Origin: Klebsormidium nitens
Lineage: Eukaryota; Plantae; Klebsormidiophyceae
DNA length: 64,000 nucleotides
Direction of reading: 5' to 3'
Assembly (NCBI GenBank): GCA_000708835.1
Contig: DF237479.1
Span: forward strand, 1-64,000
Both the position numbers and the translations under genes were made by a program. Shown piece after piece: positions 11,331 to 24,357 of this stretch (position 1 is the stretch's first letter; each line of letters starts with the position of its first letter). The notes below the pieces were generated by a model. The model was given only the letters and a program-made list of their open reading frames with translations, was not told the DNA's origin and ran no database searches.

Positions 11331-13170
11331 GATTATTCCGCCGTTGATATTCCGCTGAAAAATAAGGCTGGCGAAACTCGTATTAGGCTTGAGAAGTTAC
11401 ACTCAAAAGGGATCATTGTTGCCTGCTCGACTCCAATGTACAGATAGCTCCCCTTTTCCAGCGACATTCTTGCGCATCTACTAGTTGCCGTTAATTGATT
11501 AAGAACCAGCGGGATGCCAATAGGCCGTAACTTATATCAGTAGGGCAGTCGAACTTGTGAATCAACAAGCCGGTCAGACTCGCAGCTCAAGCGCGCTAGA
11601 GAGAAAAGTTCAGCACTGAGTTATCATAGCTGCTAAAGAACAAACGGCTATCTTTAAACAGTCAGTCCGCGAGGGTGGTCGAATCAGGAGCAACTGTCTG
11701 TTTAGGGATTCAAGTAGTATAAACCTTTTGTTTGTTTACACTCTTAGCTACCGGAATTTGAATCGTGTTGGCCAACACGAGAAGAAACATGTAGAAACAG
11801 GTCATGACCGTGCGCCTCAAACCTTTGACGCGGTCAACCGGTGGGGTCCTGCACAAGCGTGTAAGACATGTAAGGATTATATTCATTGATTCGTAGAAGA
11901 GACTTTGTTGTAGAAGAGTCACGTTTCCGACGTGCATAGCCTGCTGTTAGTACTGCATTCGTCAGCATCATTGCATACACCATTTGGCCACGACCACGTC
12001 CAGTATAGCTAATCGTTCATCCAGAGCTAGTCATTCCTGTATACAGCTGCTGGATTGGCTTGATGTAATACTGTCTGACGCGGTACCTCATCGTCCCAGC
12101 TAGCATGTGTCAGACGACTTTAGAAACTAAGAGCCAGCATGCTGGTTACTCGATGGTGCAATGCCACTTGTTTGCGGACGTATGTATCAGCCGCTCGCGC
12201 CTCGCATTAGCAGAAGCGAACACGCTAATATCGTTTGACCGTCTTTAAATGACGTGTACACGAGTCGCTTCAGTCAAGCTCCCGCCCGGTCACACATCCG
12301 TGGTCGTAAAATATGCAGTCGATCGATTGGCACACTAAACTTGGAGACAAACCAATATTGTGTACCAGACCGGTCAGCAGGTTGTTTGCGGCGCAGGAGT
12401 ATATTTCACTTGCTCGGCTCATAGTCCGTGAAACGCCGCCAGTTCTATGTGATATTGTCGAGGAGCAACAGGACTAGTCAATTGCTGTTGATTTGGAGGG
12501 TATTTTGGCAGCAACCCGCATGTTTCGAAGTCTGTTCAATTATACAGACTTTTGTGCAATTTTCTCAGTGACAAGTAATGCTACGCAGGCTTATAGATGC
12601 GGTGTTGGTGATAACGAGGCCACTTATTCCCGTTCCGCCAGATCCGGAAGCAGTGCCCACGATCGGCGAGTCGCCTCGGCCCTGCACGACAAATACCACA
12701 ACATATTTTTCAGAGAACAAAATAGGATTCTGACGTGGCGGCGGTTCGAATGTGCTGGTGAATCGTGCTTCAAAGGAGCCTTCGGTTTAATTTCGTTGTG
12801 CCGTCAAATCATGGTTTCGCCCAGTCATAAAAGCTATCGAAGCCACGAAGCCCAGCAAGATCACATCTGCACAAAAGCGCTCGAGATCGAGAGGATATTA
12901 AATTGACAGTCTTAAGAGCGCCGCATCTCCACCTGTGAGCCAAGAAATTTCTGTACCGATCCAGTAACCCGAGTACACGCCGGCTCCCTACCTACGGACG
13001 ATCCGGCAATCTCGGTCACCTGGAAAAATTAGGAATTCTCACTTCGCCAGCCAGCCCTTTCAGCAGAAATTGTTGAAGCGTCTGGTCTCAATCTGGTCAT
13101 CCGGGCTGGAGAGGGCTTCCCACAAACCCACGAAGTTGACAAAGTTACACAGAACTCGAGATGCGTTGCC

Positions 13171-16100
13171 TCACCTGCAGGCTAACGAGATGTTGTCCCG
13201 GTCGAGCAACCCGAGCAGTCGCCGGCTCACGTTGTCCGCGATAACCGGCAGCTGCCTGAGGCCACGTGGCAGCATGGCGCGCTGCGCGGCCTCGAGCGTC
13301 GTCTCGGGGGTCACGGTCAGCAGCCCGTGCCGCCGTTTCCAGTTACTGCAAACCTCGGTCACTAACCGTGTGTCAACCTGAAAGACAGACGGCAGGACGT
13401 CGTCAGTGGACGGCTCTACTTTCCAGTTACTGCAAACCTCGGTCACACGTGACGACCTGAGGACAGACGAGGAGACGTCGTCAGCGGACGGCTCGTACTT
13501 TGGTAATGGAAGCTGCATTCATTCAGTGTAAACTTGGAAAGGTAGGAATCAAACAGTGTTGGCCTGTGGGTAGTCAGCTGAGCCGCCGAGATCCTTCAAA
13601 TTGACGACCAGAAGTCCAAACAATTACCCCGTGCAAAATCACTAGCGCCTGCACTTGCGAGCAGCCCCCAGCACCCGTTGCCGTCATATTCATCTCCGCC
13701 TGCACTTCTGCCAAAGCCAAAATCCTGGAACCTTGACAATCCCGGAAGTCGGGGCTCCAAAACCTCAACCATTTTGAAAAATGACCAGCGCCTGCGCTTG
13801 AGCGCGCCCGCCCACAGCGGCGGCCGTCTCTTCCGCCTCCACTTGCACGTCTGCCAACGTCAGAATCCTGAAACCCTAACAACCCTAGGACTTGAACGTC
13901 AAAAACCCCACTCTTTCGAGGACTTACCAACGCCTGCGCTTGCGCGCGCCCCCCCGCGGCGGCCGCCGTCTTTTTCGCCTCCGCCTGGACGTCAGCCAAC
14001 GTCAGGATCCCCTCGAGCACTCCCCCTTCCCCCACGACGAGCGCGCACCACTGGCGAGACGCCAGCATCGCCGCGACGGTCTCACGCACCGTCGCGGTGT
14101 TTGGGACCGTCATAAACGTTTGCGACATGGCAGTCGCGACCGTCATTTCGGACATGAGCTCCTCCTCGCTCATCACCTGCCACGTGGCGGATTTGACGTC
14201 AGCAGGAAAATTGTGACGTCAGCTTTCGTGAACTGTTGCGGTGTTTGGGACCGTCATGAACGTTTGCGACATCTCGGTTGCGACCGTCATCTCGAACATG
14301 AGTTCTTCCTCGCTCATCACCTGCCACGTGGCGACAAGCACGTCATCAAAAGGAAAAATGACGTCAGATTTCGTGCGCTGTTGCGGTGTTCGGAACCGTC
14401 ATAAACGTTTGCGACATCGCGGTCGCAACCGTCATCTCGGACATTAGTTCCTCCTCGCTCATCACCCGCCACGTGGCAAAAAGCACGTCACTTGAAGGAC
14501 AATCTGACGTCAGTCCGGCATACTGTGTTTGGAACCGTCATGAAGGTTTGCGACATCGTAACCGCGACTGTTGTCTCGGACATGAGCTTCCTCAAACTCA
14601 TCACCTGCCACGTGGAATATAAGCGTTGTATTGACTGCACACTTCGACAATCGTGGGGAGAGACACGAAACCCTAGCCTCGAAGCTCAGCGCTATCGACA
14701 ATCTCGGAAATAGTTTCCAAGATAACCTGCTACGAGCATTGGAGGGGGAAGTAAATTGTGACTTTGGCTCGACAGTGTTGGGAAAACTAGGGTATCTGCA
14801 ACGTTGGAGCTTCACTTAGTAGCGCAACGTTCGGGTTGTTCGTGACGCATTGACGACTGGCAAAGCGGCGGTCATTTTGAAAGCTTAGGAGCTCCTCCTT
14901 GGGATGGTCACCGCAAACGCCTGAGCTCTAACGGAAATAAAACGATTTACAAGCCCCGAATCATCGATCCAAAAGCAGTCAAGTTCCCTGTATCGAACCC
15001 TTAGACAGCAATAATCTAAATCACACAGTTCTTTCTGGTGTCCTCTAATGCATCCGCTAAAAAGGGAAAGTCGAAGGTCTTCAAATCGACTTCTCCCTTT
15101 ACGTGTGAGCCCCTGTAGCCTTGACTTCGGACATCTCAAGGGTCCTCGAGACCTACCTTGGACTTGCCACGCGGAGTCTCAGTAAACCACTCAAACGTTG
15201 GCCTCAACATAGAATGGACACCCGTTAACGTTTGTGAATTCCAACCATGGTCCTCACCTCGGGTCCCGCAACGCACAGCGACGTCTCGAGCGAACACAGC
15301 TCCCCCTCGTCGTCCTCAAACCCATCCATCGGTATACTCTTCTCCTCCCGCAAAAACACCGGCGCACCGTTCGTATATAAAACCGGGCCCTTGCTGCTGG
15401 CTGCTAACCAATCCGACGCGTTTTCTACAAGGGTCATACTTTCTCCGAGCAAACTGGGTTTGCTTAACCGGATTTCGGTCGGGGCGTAGTTTAGCAAACC
15501 GGGTTCGACTGTCTGTACAGCGGCTGTTGCTTCTAAGCCTACGCTAGCGGTTTGCAGGTTAGGCAGAGGGTTAAGAGTCGGGTTTGCGAGGACACCGGCC
15601 GTAACGGCAGCCCCGTTTGAGCCCACAGCATTACTCAACCCGTTCTGTAACCTCTGAACCGCCTGCTCGCGCCGTTCCGCCTCCGCCTGCCGTTTCCGCC
15701 GCCTTTTCTCTTCCTCCGCACTTTTGCTCGCGAGCGAAGACACCCACGAACTCAACCCGACGGCGCCCATCAGCGGCAATATGATCTGGTAATCTTGTGT
15801 CAACTCGAACAAGAGTAGGACTGCAGTCAGCGGCACTTGACACACGCCCGCGAGCATCGCGGCCATTCCCACCAGCGCGTACGCCTGCGGCTCGGCCAGT
15901 GAGAATTCCCCGAAGCTGAACCGCGGGTCGGCCGCCGCGAAAAAAGCGCCCGCGAGCTTCGCGTACGCGCTCCCGAGCGCGGCGCCCATGAAAAGCGATG
16001 GTGCGTAGACGCCGCCCACAAGGCCAGAGCCGCGGCAGAGGGCCGTGGCGACCAGCTTCACTCCGACTAGCTGAAGGAGGAGGCCTGCGAAAGGAAGCAA

Positions 16101-19100
16101 GTGGGATCAGTTCGGTCCCATGTCACCTGAGGGATTATTACAGCTGTCTCGCAAGTGGATTGAATCGTACTTTTCAAATGAACTGGGAGAGAGAGCGGGG
16201 GGTGCGATTAATGCGTCTTTCTTGTCGCTTCGCTCCGTTACAAGAGAAGACCTCTTAAGTCAACGGGTCACGTTCCATCCGGAACTGGCCTTCTCGTACG
16301 GACTACGTTTGGCACGTCTTCGGCGCGTTCAGGCTCGTTTCCGGTTCTTTCTAAATCTTGCTAATCGTTGGTGCTTAGGGAAGACGGAAGCTCATGAAGT
16401 TGGTCGCAGCTATCGTTTCAGGGGACTTCCCGATACCCTCACCGGCTAGCGTGCGCAGACCAAAGTTGATCGACGAGCAACCTTGACAATGGTAACAACA
16501 AGGCGAGCGCTCGCTGAACTCAACTTTTCTGTATCTTGTTCGAGCATCTTCGACTTCCTCTACCGCTTCCTCCATCGAGACGCTTGCTTCGCAGTGGACA
16601 GTTTGCAAGACGCACGAGACAGGTTCACAACAGCGAACCGCGACACGAGAGCCACCAAACAAAAGAATCTACGATGTGATACTGAACTTCGCCTACAGAT
16701 CGCCGGGGACCAAGGTTGCCGGAAGCGCGGAACGAAGTACCGAGCTGAGCTACCGGGTAGCCGGATAGCTTTTGGACGAAGTATAGTGGTCGGTCTGCTT
16801 TCAATAAAGTCTACCGGGAGGTCAATCAAACTAATTGTACCGATTGGTAAAATTACGGTAGGTAACTGATGGCTGAACAAAACGACGAATTCTCTTTCAT
16901 CCACCGTGCCCTGAGTTGTAAAGTCCGGCGACAGAGGGATACCCATATTGGCGTGGAAGGGTCGCTCAATTGATTGTTGAGACCTCCCGGTAAGACATTT
17001 TCGACGGCCTTGCTAAACGCTCATAGATTCAGTTCGATAAAGTGCTGTACGTGCTAATCCGTCAAAAGATTCTGCCGCACTTGCCCGCGCTCCCGTCACC
17101 AAATTCACCGGTTTCGACGGTAAACGGCCTTTTATGTAGAAACAGGGCAATATTCTAGGTATGGCGTGTGCTGAGAAGTTCAGTAATCAGAAGAAGACAC
17201 CGACACCATCCTCAAACAACCAAGAAGTTGAAGGACACGGAAAGCATTATTCAAGAGCATAAGATTACCACACCACCCACCTGTCGTTGGCGCGAGCGGG
17301 TTCCCCAACGGTTGTCTCGACTGCAGCACAACGTCCAGGTTCTCGAACCCCCAGTAGAGAACCTCCGGGTACGCGAGCGCTATGAGACCGACGCAGAGGG
17401 CCCCGACCGGGGGGAGAAACGCCGGGGGGATATTGTACTTTTTGCTAACTAGATCGAAACCTTGGGTGGCGAGCGCGGAGCTGCGGGTGTAGGCGACGGA
17501 GACGGCGCCGCAGAGGAGGCCCAGGAGAAGGTACAGCGGGAGCTCTGCAGGGGCGGAAAAATTTCAGTACTTTTTCCTTTTCCAAAGTTGACATTTTTGC
17601 CATAGTTGGTGTTTCTAGTACATCAATGTCGGTCAATATATGAGAAAGCAGAAGTAGCGACGAAGTTATTTGTTTCAACCGCAAGCGGATTAATTGGTCT
17701 GCAACTCGTATGGCAACCAGTCATGCGAGTTGGCAATGAGATCAGAGTCGAGTAATGTTTTCGGCTCAAAAAGAATTTCAAATCCCATGATTAGAATCGC
17801 CTTGGGCTGAGTCGGGGAGGTGAATTGAGGTGAGGGAACGGGTCAGAGGACCCTTCGTACACGACCGTTTCAAAGAGGGGCCCGCAAAGGGGGAGCTTTG
17901 GGGGAAAGGTAAACAATAACAGACAGCTGAGGGACTTCGTTAAAATCTGCGGGCTGGTGGAAGACGGAATGTTGAGCAAAAAGCGGAAGTACGAGGATCC
18001 GTGACGAGGGCATTTGCAACCGGTCCGTGAACGGGAGTGTCTCCATTTACTTGCTGGTTTCGTAGTTTACTGAAACCAGGCAGTTCGAAGCAGATTGAGC
18101 ACTTTCCAAAGATACTTCTTCACAGGGGAGCTCTAGCCGACTGCTCTCACCAGCAGTTGCACGTGTCACCCTTAGACACAGTCATACGCTGAAAATGGGC
18201 AGACTCGAAAAGACAAGAACTGCACGTCAAAAATAGTACACACATACGAGACGAAAGAGGACTTACCCGCAGCTGATCGAAGTTCAAAGGGCGGCACGAT
18301 AAAAGTCGGGTCCTGTCCGAGGCCCGCTTGGGAAACGACAGAAGCGAGAACGGAACTGAGGAGCACCATAGCGGTGGTTAGGCTGGGGGAGGGGTCCGGG
18401 GACGTAGTCACTGGGCGGAGAACGGATTCGACGGCGAAGAAAGTGCCCGCTACTGCAGCGTTGAAACCTGGAAGGAGAAAACAAAGAACAAACGAATTAT
18501 GGCTAGCAAGCTCGCAAGCACGAAACGGATTGGCTTTGGAAATTTAGGGTGGGTATGGGTGCGGAAGAGGTGAATTCATGGGTTTGGGTTCTGTGTTATG
18601 TTGCAAGATTTCTATCTCTACAGCTTACTATATCACACTTTTATGTCATACAGAACTCCAGAGAATTTAAATGAGCAAGTTTTCCTGAGGAAAGGCAGTG
18701 ACAACAACATGCAAAGACCATGCTAAGGTTGAAAGTCGTGAGGGACAAGAGTCTGACAGAGCCGAAAAAAAGCCTTCCTGTTCTGAGGTCACCCGCATGG
18801 ATCTTCCAGAAAGGAACTGCACCCTGAAACGGGGTTTGGAAACTGAAACGGGGTTTGGAAAGACGTAAGGATTGTTGATGACTTGATACTTGAGTCTGGC
18901 ATTGACATGGCATCACGGAGACTGAAGTTCGATCAGATGGGATGCTTTCTCAAACAATCTCTCTCGCTTCCTGAACGCCTCCTTCCAGCCGTAATCATCC
19001 GCTCAAAGTCGCGTTTGAGCTCAGCTGATAGTAGCGGCCGCCGCTACCATGACTAGAAAGCAACCTTGTCAATTAGGAGACAGGCTATGCCTTTATAAAA

Positions 19101-21153
19101 CCATTTTTATCACGATGAAACTACCTACGTCGCCGAAGTCCCAGCCAGGGCGTCTGCTAAGCTCAGGGGATGCTTGGAAGCGCACACCAGTCAGACTCAT
19201 TCTATGAGGATACGGTCTGGTTTTGTCACCCGACCACTTACGGGATTCCGACGCTGGAAGAGCTTCTCCAGAGCCAGCCCTGAAGAGGGTAAGGAAGCAG
19301 ACAGCAGCAGTGTGTTGCACTGATTCTTTCCCAGTCTATTTCGCTCCTTAAACGCATTGAGCAACTGAATAATCAATCGCCAACCCCGAATCCTGAACCC
19401 CAAAAGGGAGAATAAAGATATCTCACCCGAGGAGATACCGGCCGCCGACCCCGCCGCCACAAGCGCCAGCTTCCTCTCCCTGCTGTTCTTCAGCACCGTC
19501 CCCAACCCGTTCGCCACGCTCGCCCCGATCTCCACGCTCGGTCCCTCAGGCCCCAACGAATTCCCCGTCCCTAGAGTCACTACCGCCGCCACCGCTTTCA
19601 GCGCCGGGGTGGCGACCCCCCCGAGGCGCTGCCATATTTCGGAACCCCCTACCCCGCCACCCGCGCTGACGTCAGCGAGGACCGTGCGGAGGTGGTTGAG
19701 CAGGCCGACGACGATGCCCCCCCCGACGGGGACGAAGACGAGGCGCTGCCACGTGGTTTCGAGGGGCTGCTGGCGGAGCCATGCGGCGCCGATCTCGGGG
19801 GTGCCTTCCCACATGAGGTCGTGGAGGCCGTGGACCTGGGGGGGGGGGGGGGGATTTTTGAACACGTCGTATGTGCATTGATTGACTGTTTGGAGGCTCT
19901 TAAGAAACTAGGAGGGTGTCCACCAGCGAGGTGCAAAACAGGGACATAGGGCAAGTGTGAAAGGTGATTGTTTAGCGATCCTGCTGAAGTCGTGATATTC
20001 AATGGCAGACATGCCAATCGGACGGTCCAGATGTGACAGGATGCGCTGAGGCCTTTCCTGCAAATCAGATAGGGTCCCACGAGGCCTCAGCTTTTCCAGG
20101 AAACTGAACATCGAAAGGATAAGAAGATGGAGAAAGCCAAGTGGTGGTAGCAACGGCTTCCAACGGCAAATGATCAGGGTCGTTGAGTGATGATAGCAAG
20201 GAGTCTACATTGTTTGTCCCCTCAGATCTAAGATACTAGATGATGTGTCAAGGAGATACACACCTTGAACTGCCAGGAAGAATCTGGCAAGACCTCCCAG
20301 CTTCATGCAGACAGCTCCATTGCTGACTCAGACTCGAATGCAGCTTCCTAAGACTGCCTCCAAGAACCAGATTCATCAAGCTCCTCATTTGCAGGATGAC
20401 TGCAAGGCTTGTCCCTTTTGGAGGCATCCTAGCGACGCCATTGTAACTTGAATCCCTTCTTGAGAAGGTCTGTGTTTAGATCAGCACAGTAACTGCACTA
20501 CACCTTGAACTCTGTCTTTTGTTGATATCAACACTCTGACCACAACACATTCTGAGCTCACTTCCTTGCTGGGAGTGGGATTGTGACTGTACCACAAGAA
20601 ACGCACTCCTCTGGTGAGATCAACATCATGACTGCACCAAATATGAGCTCACCCCTTTGTTGAACCCAACGACGATCACACCGGTGGCCAGCCCCACAAC
20701 GCAGGACAGCAGCAGGGTTGCTCCCTCCGGAGGCAGCGCTTCCGACACCGCCATCGCCCCTTTCCATTGGGGGGGCTCCTCTGGCACGTTCAACTTCCCC
20801 CCATCTGAGAAACCTTTCTCTGCAGCTGGCGGAAGCGCGCTTGCAGGACGGAGACGGCCCTGCCATCGGCGATCAAGACTTGTGGCGCTGATGGCATTGC
20901 AGGAGGGAGCTCGGTTTCCCAAAGGTTGCTTGGAGCATTCAATGTGATGACTGCAGGGGAGAGAAGAGAAAACTGCAGGATATTCTCGAGCTGATCCTGA
21001 TGCTTTATTTGTGATGTCTGATCGTCGTGACCTCGGTCTTCCCGCTGAAGGCCATGGCTGCCACGATCCGTCCGCTTTCCGGAAGCCATGGCAGGATAGG
21101 AGGCTACTGCTCAAGCTGCCAAACAAGGGGACAGAACACACTGAAGACGCCAT
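13171..21153 (-). CDS. CLC-e: Plastid-type CLC anion channel/transporter (CLC-e-like) with C-terminal CBS pair; 7 coding exons
   Basis: Exons (minus): 21153-20653, 19835-19427, 18467-18267, 17544-17281, 16084-15258, 14176-13928, 13377-13171, all GT-AG and phase-consistent. Motifs: GNSLGPEGPSVEIG, GFNAAVAGTFFAVES, ELPLYLLLG, YWGFEN, GLVGGVYAPSLFMG, and CBS repeats (MTVATAMSQTFMTV; LRQLPVI...LLGLLDR). The N-terminus is Ser-rich and transit-peptide-like. Confidence 0.92.
13340..14020 (-). repeat. Tandem echoes of CLC exon-6 donor (3 copies) and exon-7 acceptor (2 copies)
   Basis: Exon-6 3' end plus GT recurs, ending at 13928 (real), 13786 and 13643. The exon-7 acceptor plus GTGACCGAGGTTTGCAGTAACTGGAAA recurs at 13377 (real) and 13456. 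Confidence 0.85.
14090..14620 (-). repeat. Four tandem copies of the CLC exon-6 acceptor plus first ~90 nt of the exon
   Basis: CCACGTGGC(A/G)G|GTGATGAG...GTCGCAAAC..T.ATGACGGT.CC.AACAC starts at 14176 (real), 14320, 14465 and 14604; periods 144, 145 and 139 bp. Confidence 0.9.
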
Positions 21154-22102
21154 GATCTCAGCAGGCTGCTTGTGTCTTTCCGTCCAGCCCAGAATGGCGA
21201 GATCCTGAGGCTCTTAGCATGTATCACATGGTGATGATGACGTGGACAAGCAACTGCCTGAGCACAAGCTGGAGAGGTGTGCGCACCATTCAAACATGCT
21301 CAATGGATTCCCTTTCACCCTGATCTGTCAAATTCAGGAGTCACTTGGATATATCAATTGAATATATCCAATATGAACTGCCCGGCTGTAGGGAGTGCAC
21401 AGGGGCACAGGGGAACAGTGCTTTACGCCATTACCGTTCTCGTGCAACACTTCTGGCAACTTGAGCCGTGCGTTACGTCTGACGCTGCTGAAGAAAAGCT
21501 GCTGCCATACTGGAAGTAGTAGTTGTAGCCCGAGGGGGAGGGGATACGAGCGATATCCAGCTCCCGAGGCGAGATATCCCCCGAGGGCGTTCCACTACTA
21601 CATCTTGTGTGCACACACTGCTGACAGCTCGAGAGAAGATCGTCACGAGTTCGCAACTTCTTGGGCGCCCCCACAGATTCTCAGCTCTCATCCCTGTTAA
21701 AAGTGTTCAAAGAAGCAAGCTCGCAGACCTTCAGCATTGTTCTATCTAGTTGCTAGATTCAATTACGAGCAGTACTGCACCGTCTTCCTGTGGTATTGTC
21801 CTCATGGTTGGACACAACCAATTGAATTGAATTGAGTTGGTCAGCTGCCCAGGGTGGCTGCTTATCGATCAGTGCCAGGGATCAGTGTCGGCGGTTCTGG
21901 TGATACTGTGATACAGCATAGTGGCACAGCATCTTAAAAAGTTGTGTCTTACCCGTTTGGTTGTTGCAAGCTGATACCTTATTGCAGATAATTGAGAGAC
22001 TAGGAAAACGCATTTTGTTGTCTGAATCCGTCAATTTGAATTGGGTGGTGCCCGCTGAGGGACGTCGTACAAGCAGCTTGTCAGCTCTTTGGAGCGAGCA
22101 GT

Positions 22103-22607
22103 ATGATTGAAGTCATCCTAAACGACCGGTTGGGGAAGAAGGTGCGGGTCAAGTGCAACGAGGATGACACGGTAAGTTTATTTAGCCTTTGCTTTGAATG
22201 TAATGGAACTTGACTTGGGTCAGCAGTGTCTGTTTATAGTGCTTTGTTAAGGCTGTCCAGGTATTTGTGAGCTGATTGATGCTCCTAAGGACTTGAAATA
22301 AGTGCTACTACTTCCCGCCTGCTCTAGTTGATCTTACAACTAGACCCAATTGGGCAAAACGTCTATATTCACAAGTTTACTCCGTCGCGGCAGACTCTTG
22401 CAGTTTATTCTCCGGCCCCAGGTGTGATTTCTGTTTGCTTTGCTTTTTTTGCAGATAGGGGACTTGAAGAAGCTGGTGGCCGCTCAAACGGGCACAAGGC
22501 CAGAAAAGATCCGGATACAGAAGTGGTACACCATCTACAAAGACCACATAACACTGGGTGACTATGAGATTCACGATGGGATGGGCCTGGAATTGTACTA
22601 CAACTAA
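22103..22607 (+). CDS. UBL5: Ubiquitin-like protein 5 (Hub1), 73 aa, 2 coding exons
   Basis: Exons 22103-22171 and 22455-22607 give [73 protein letters not shown], with the diagnostic C-terminal YY. Confidence 0.98.
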
Positions 22608-24357
22608 ACTCTGATTGCGTAAGAACCCAGATACATTCTTGGCTGTTTCAGTTAGACATCTGGCTGCCACACTACAAAAGAGGAGCTCCTTCAACTGTAA
22701 GCGGTTTGTGGGGCCAAGGATGTCAAAGTCGATCTGGGAGCGCCTCAAAAACAGATGTTTTGGTGACCAGAAAGAGCTCTTGGGAGGAACTCCAATGGAC
22801 ATGAAGAAGTCTAGTCAAGCTACAGAATTGCTCGACATCCTCATGTAGCTAATAGTGAAAGAGGAGCTTTAGCTAGTTCCGCCACTGCTGGCGTATCGAA
22901 GGCTAGTAATGGCCCACGTTTTAGAAATTCACCTCACCTTACTGTCCGTGTGGGCCATCCGAGTGATGCTCTCTCAGAAAAAGATTGTACACCAGCCAGC
23001 TGGGTCCCTTTGCATCCCCTGCAATTGAGTTTGTAATTGCCTCCTGAACTTTCGATACATCCATATTGAAAACTTGTCATTTCTTCACGAGTTTCTAAGC
23101 ACGTGTCTATTCAGTCCACAGCTACTTGCAGTCCGCAACATGGTGCTTTTGAATGATGCCTAGCTGCGTTAAGTTGATCGGAACAAAGCATGATGAGTCA
23201 AACCGGATTGATTCAGTGGATATATGCATGGATAGTCAAATCTGCATGTCGCATTAACAATCGAGCAAGTATGATCGACGGGAGTGTGAGCAGTTGCCGC
23301 AGTTGTGGCCGATCCAAGCAGCGTGCCATCCATGACGGTCCAGTCATTCATGTCGAAAACTCGGCATTTGGCGGCTAGTGCAAGCCGCCCTCGCAGTCCG
23401 GCATGGGCATACGCTACAAGTGGTCATGCATCATCAACTGCGGGGATTGCTTGCTTAGATTCACCAATCAACAAGCATTAATTTCACCTGAAGGGGAGCT
23501 TCGATGACAGAACTTTGCGACCGGACTTCATATGCACTGTTCCAAAAACACTTGAGGGACTGAAGCTAACACTACAGCATGTCCTAAGGGAAAGGTCCCT
23601 GTTCCGTTCCTTTTCAGCTACTTAGTCCTGGATACTCAACAACACTAGTCCTCATTCAACAAGACTGTCCTCTATGGCACACGCAATACACATCGACTAC
23701 AGGAACGGTACAAGTACACTCCTACTGAATTACGTCAACTAACCTGGCCCACCCTCATGCAAGATTACACTGTGCCCATATGGTACAGCGTACAGGACTA
23801 GGACAACAGCACACTCACTCTACTTAATTGTTGTCACTGGCAGTACCTGCTTCTACATGAACTCTCAAGTGCTGCATATGGTGTTAGACCCGATGCTTCG
23901 AAGCAAGCATTGAGCAAGCAATGCTGCCAGGTTAGTTACGCCTTGCGCTGTCTACGTCCTGCTTTGACTCCCTCACTTCGCTTTCTCAGCGACAGGGGCT
24001 TTCTGATCATGCTTGGGATGCTGTCTGCAACGCCCAGACGAGATTTGAAGTTAAAAGGAGACAGTTTCTCTATCATGGGACACTGCAATTGATGCAGGCT
24101 CGGGCCCCTTAACCTCGCACACAAGATGTTGCCATCAACGAAGTGTTCAATAGCTCCCACAAAGGCGGGAAGTATGGTGTATCGTCGATTCCCGCAAAGT
24201 TCGCACCTAACGAATTGCAGACTGGCCGTGCAACATCTTGGGTGCGAGTTTAAGGTACCCGAGAGGATTCATCGGGGACCCTCTGAACATCATAAGAAAC
24301 TGCTCCAGCCAGGTCTACCGAGTGAAGTCAAATATTTTCAAGAGATAGGCTTTCTGC

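Noticed and set aside
14090-14620. Possible CRISPR array or mutually exclusive exon cassette
   Set aside because: The units are degenerate partial exon copies without unique spacers or cas genes, and they lack their own donors, so they are not complete alternative exons.
16810-16995. Imperfect inverted repeat in CLC intron 4 (ACCGGGAGGTC...ATCAA)
   Set aside because: Short and interrupted, with no TSD; insufficient to call an element.
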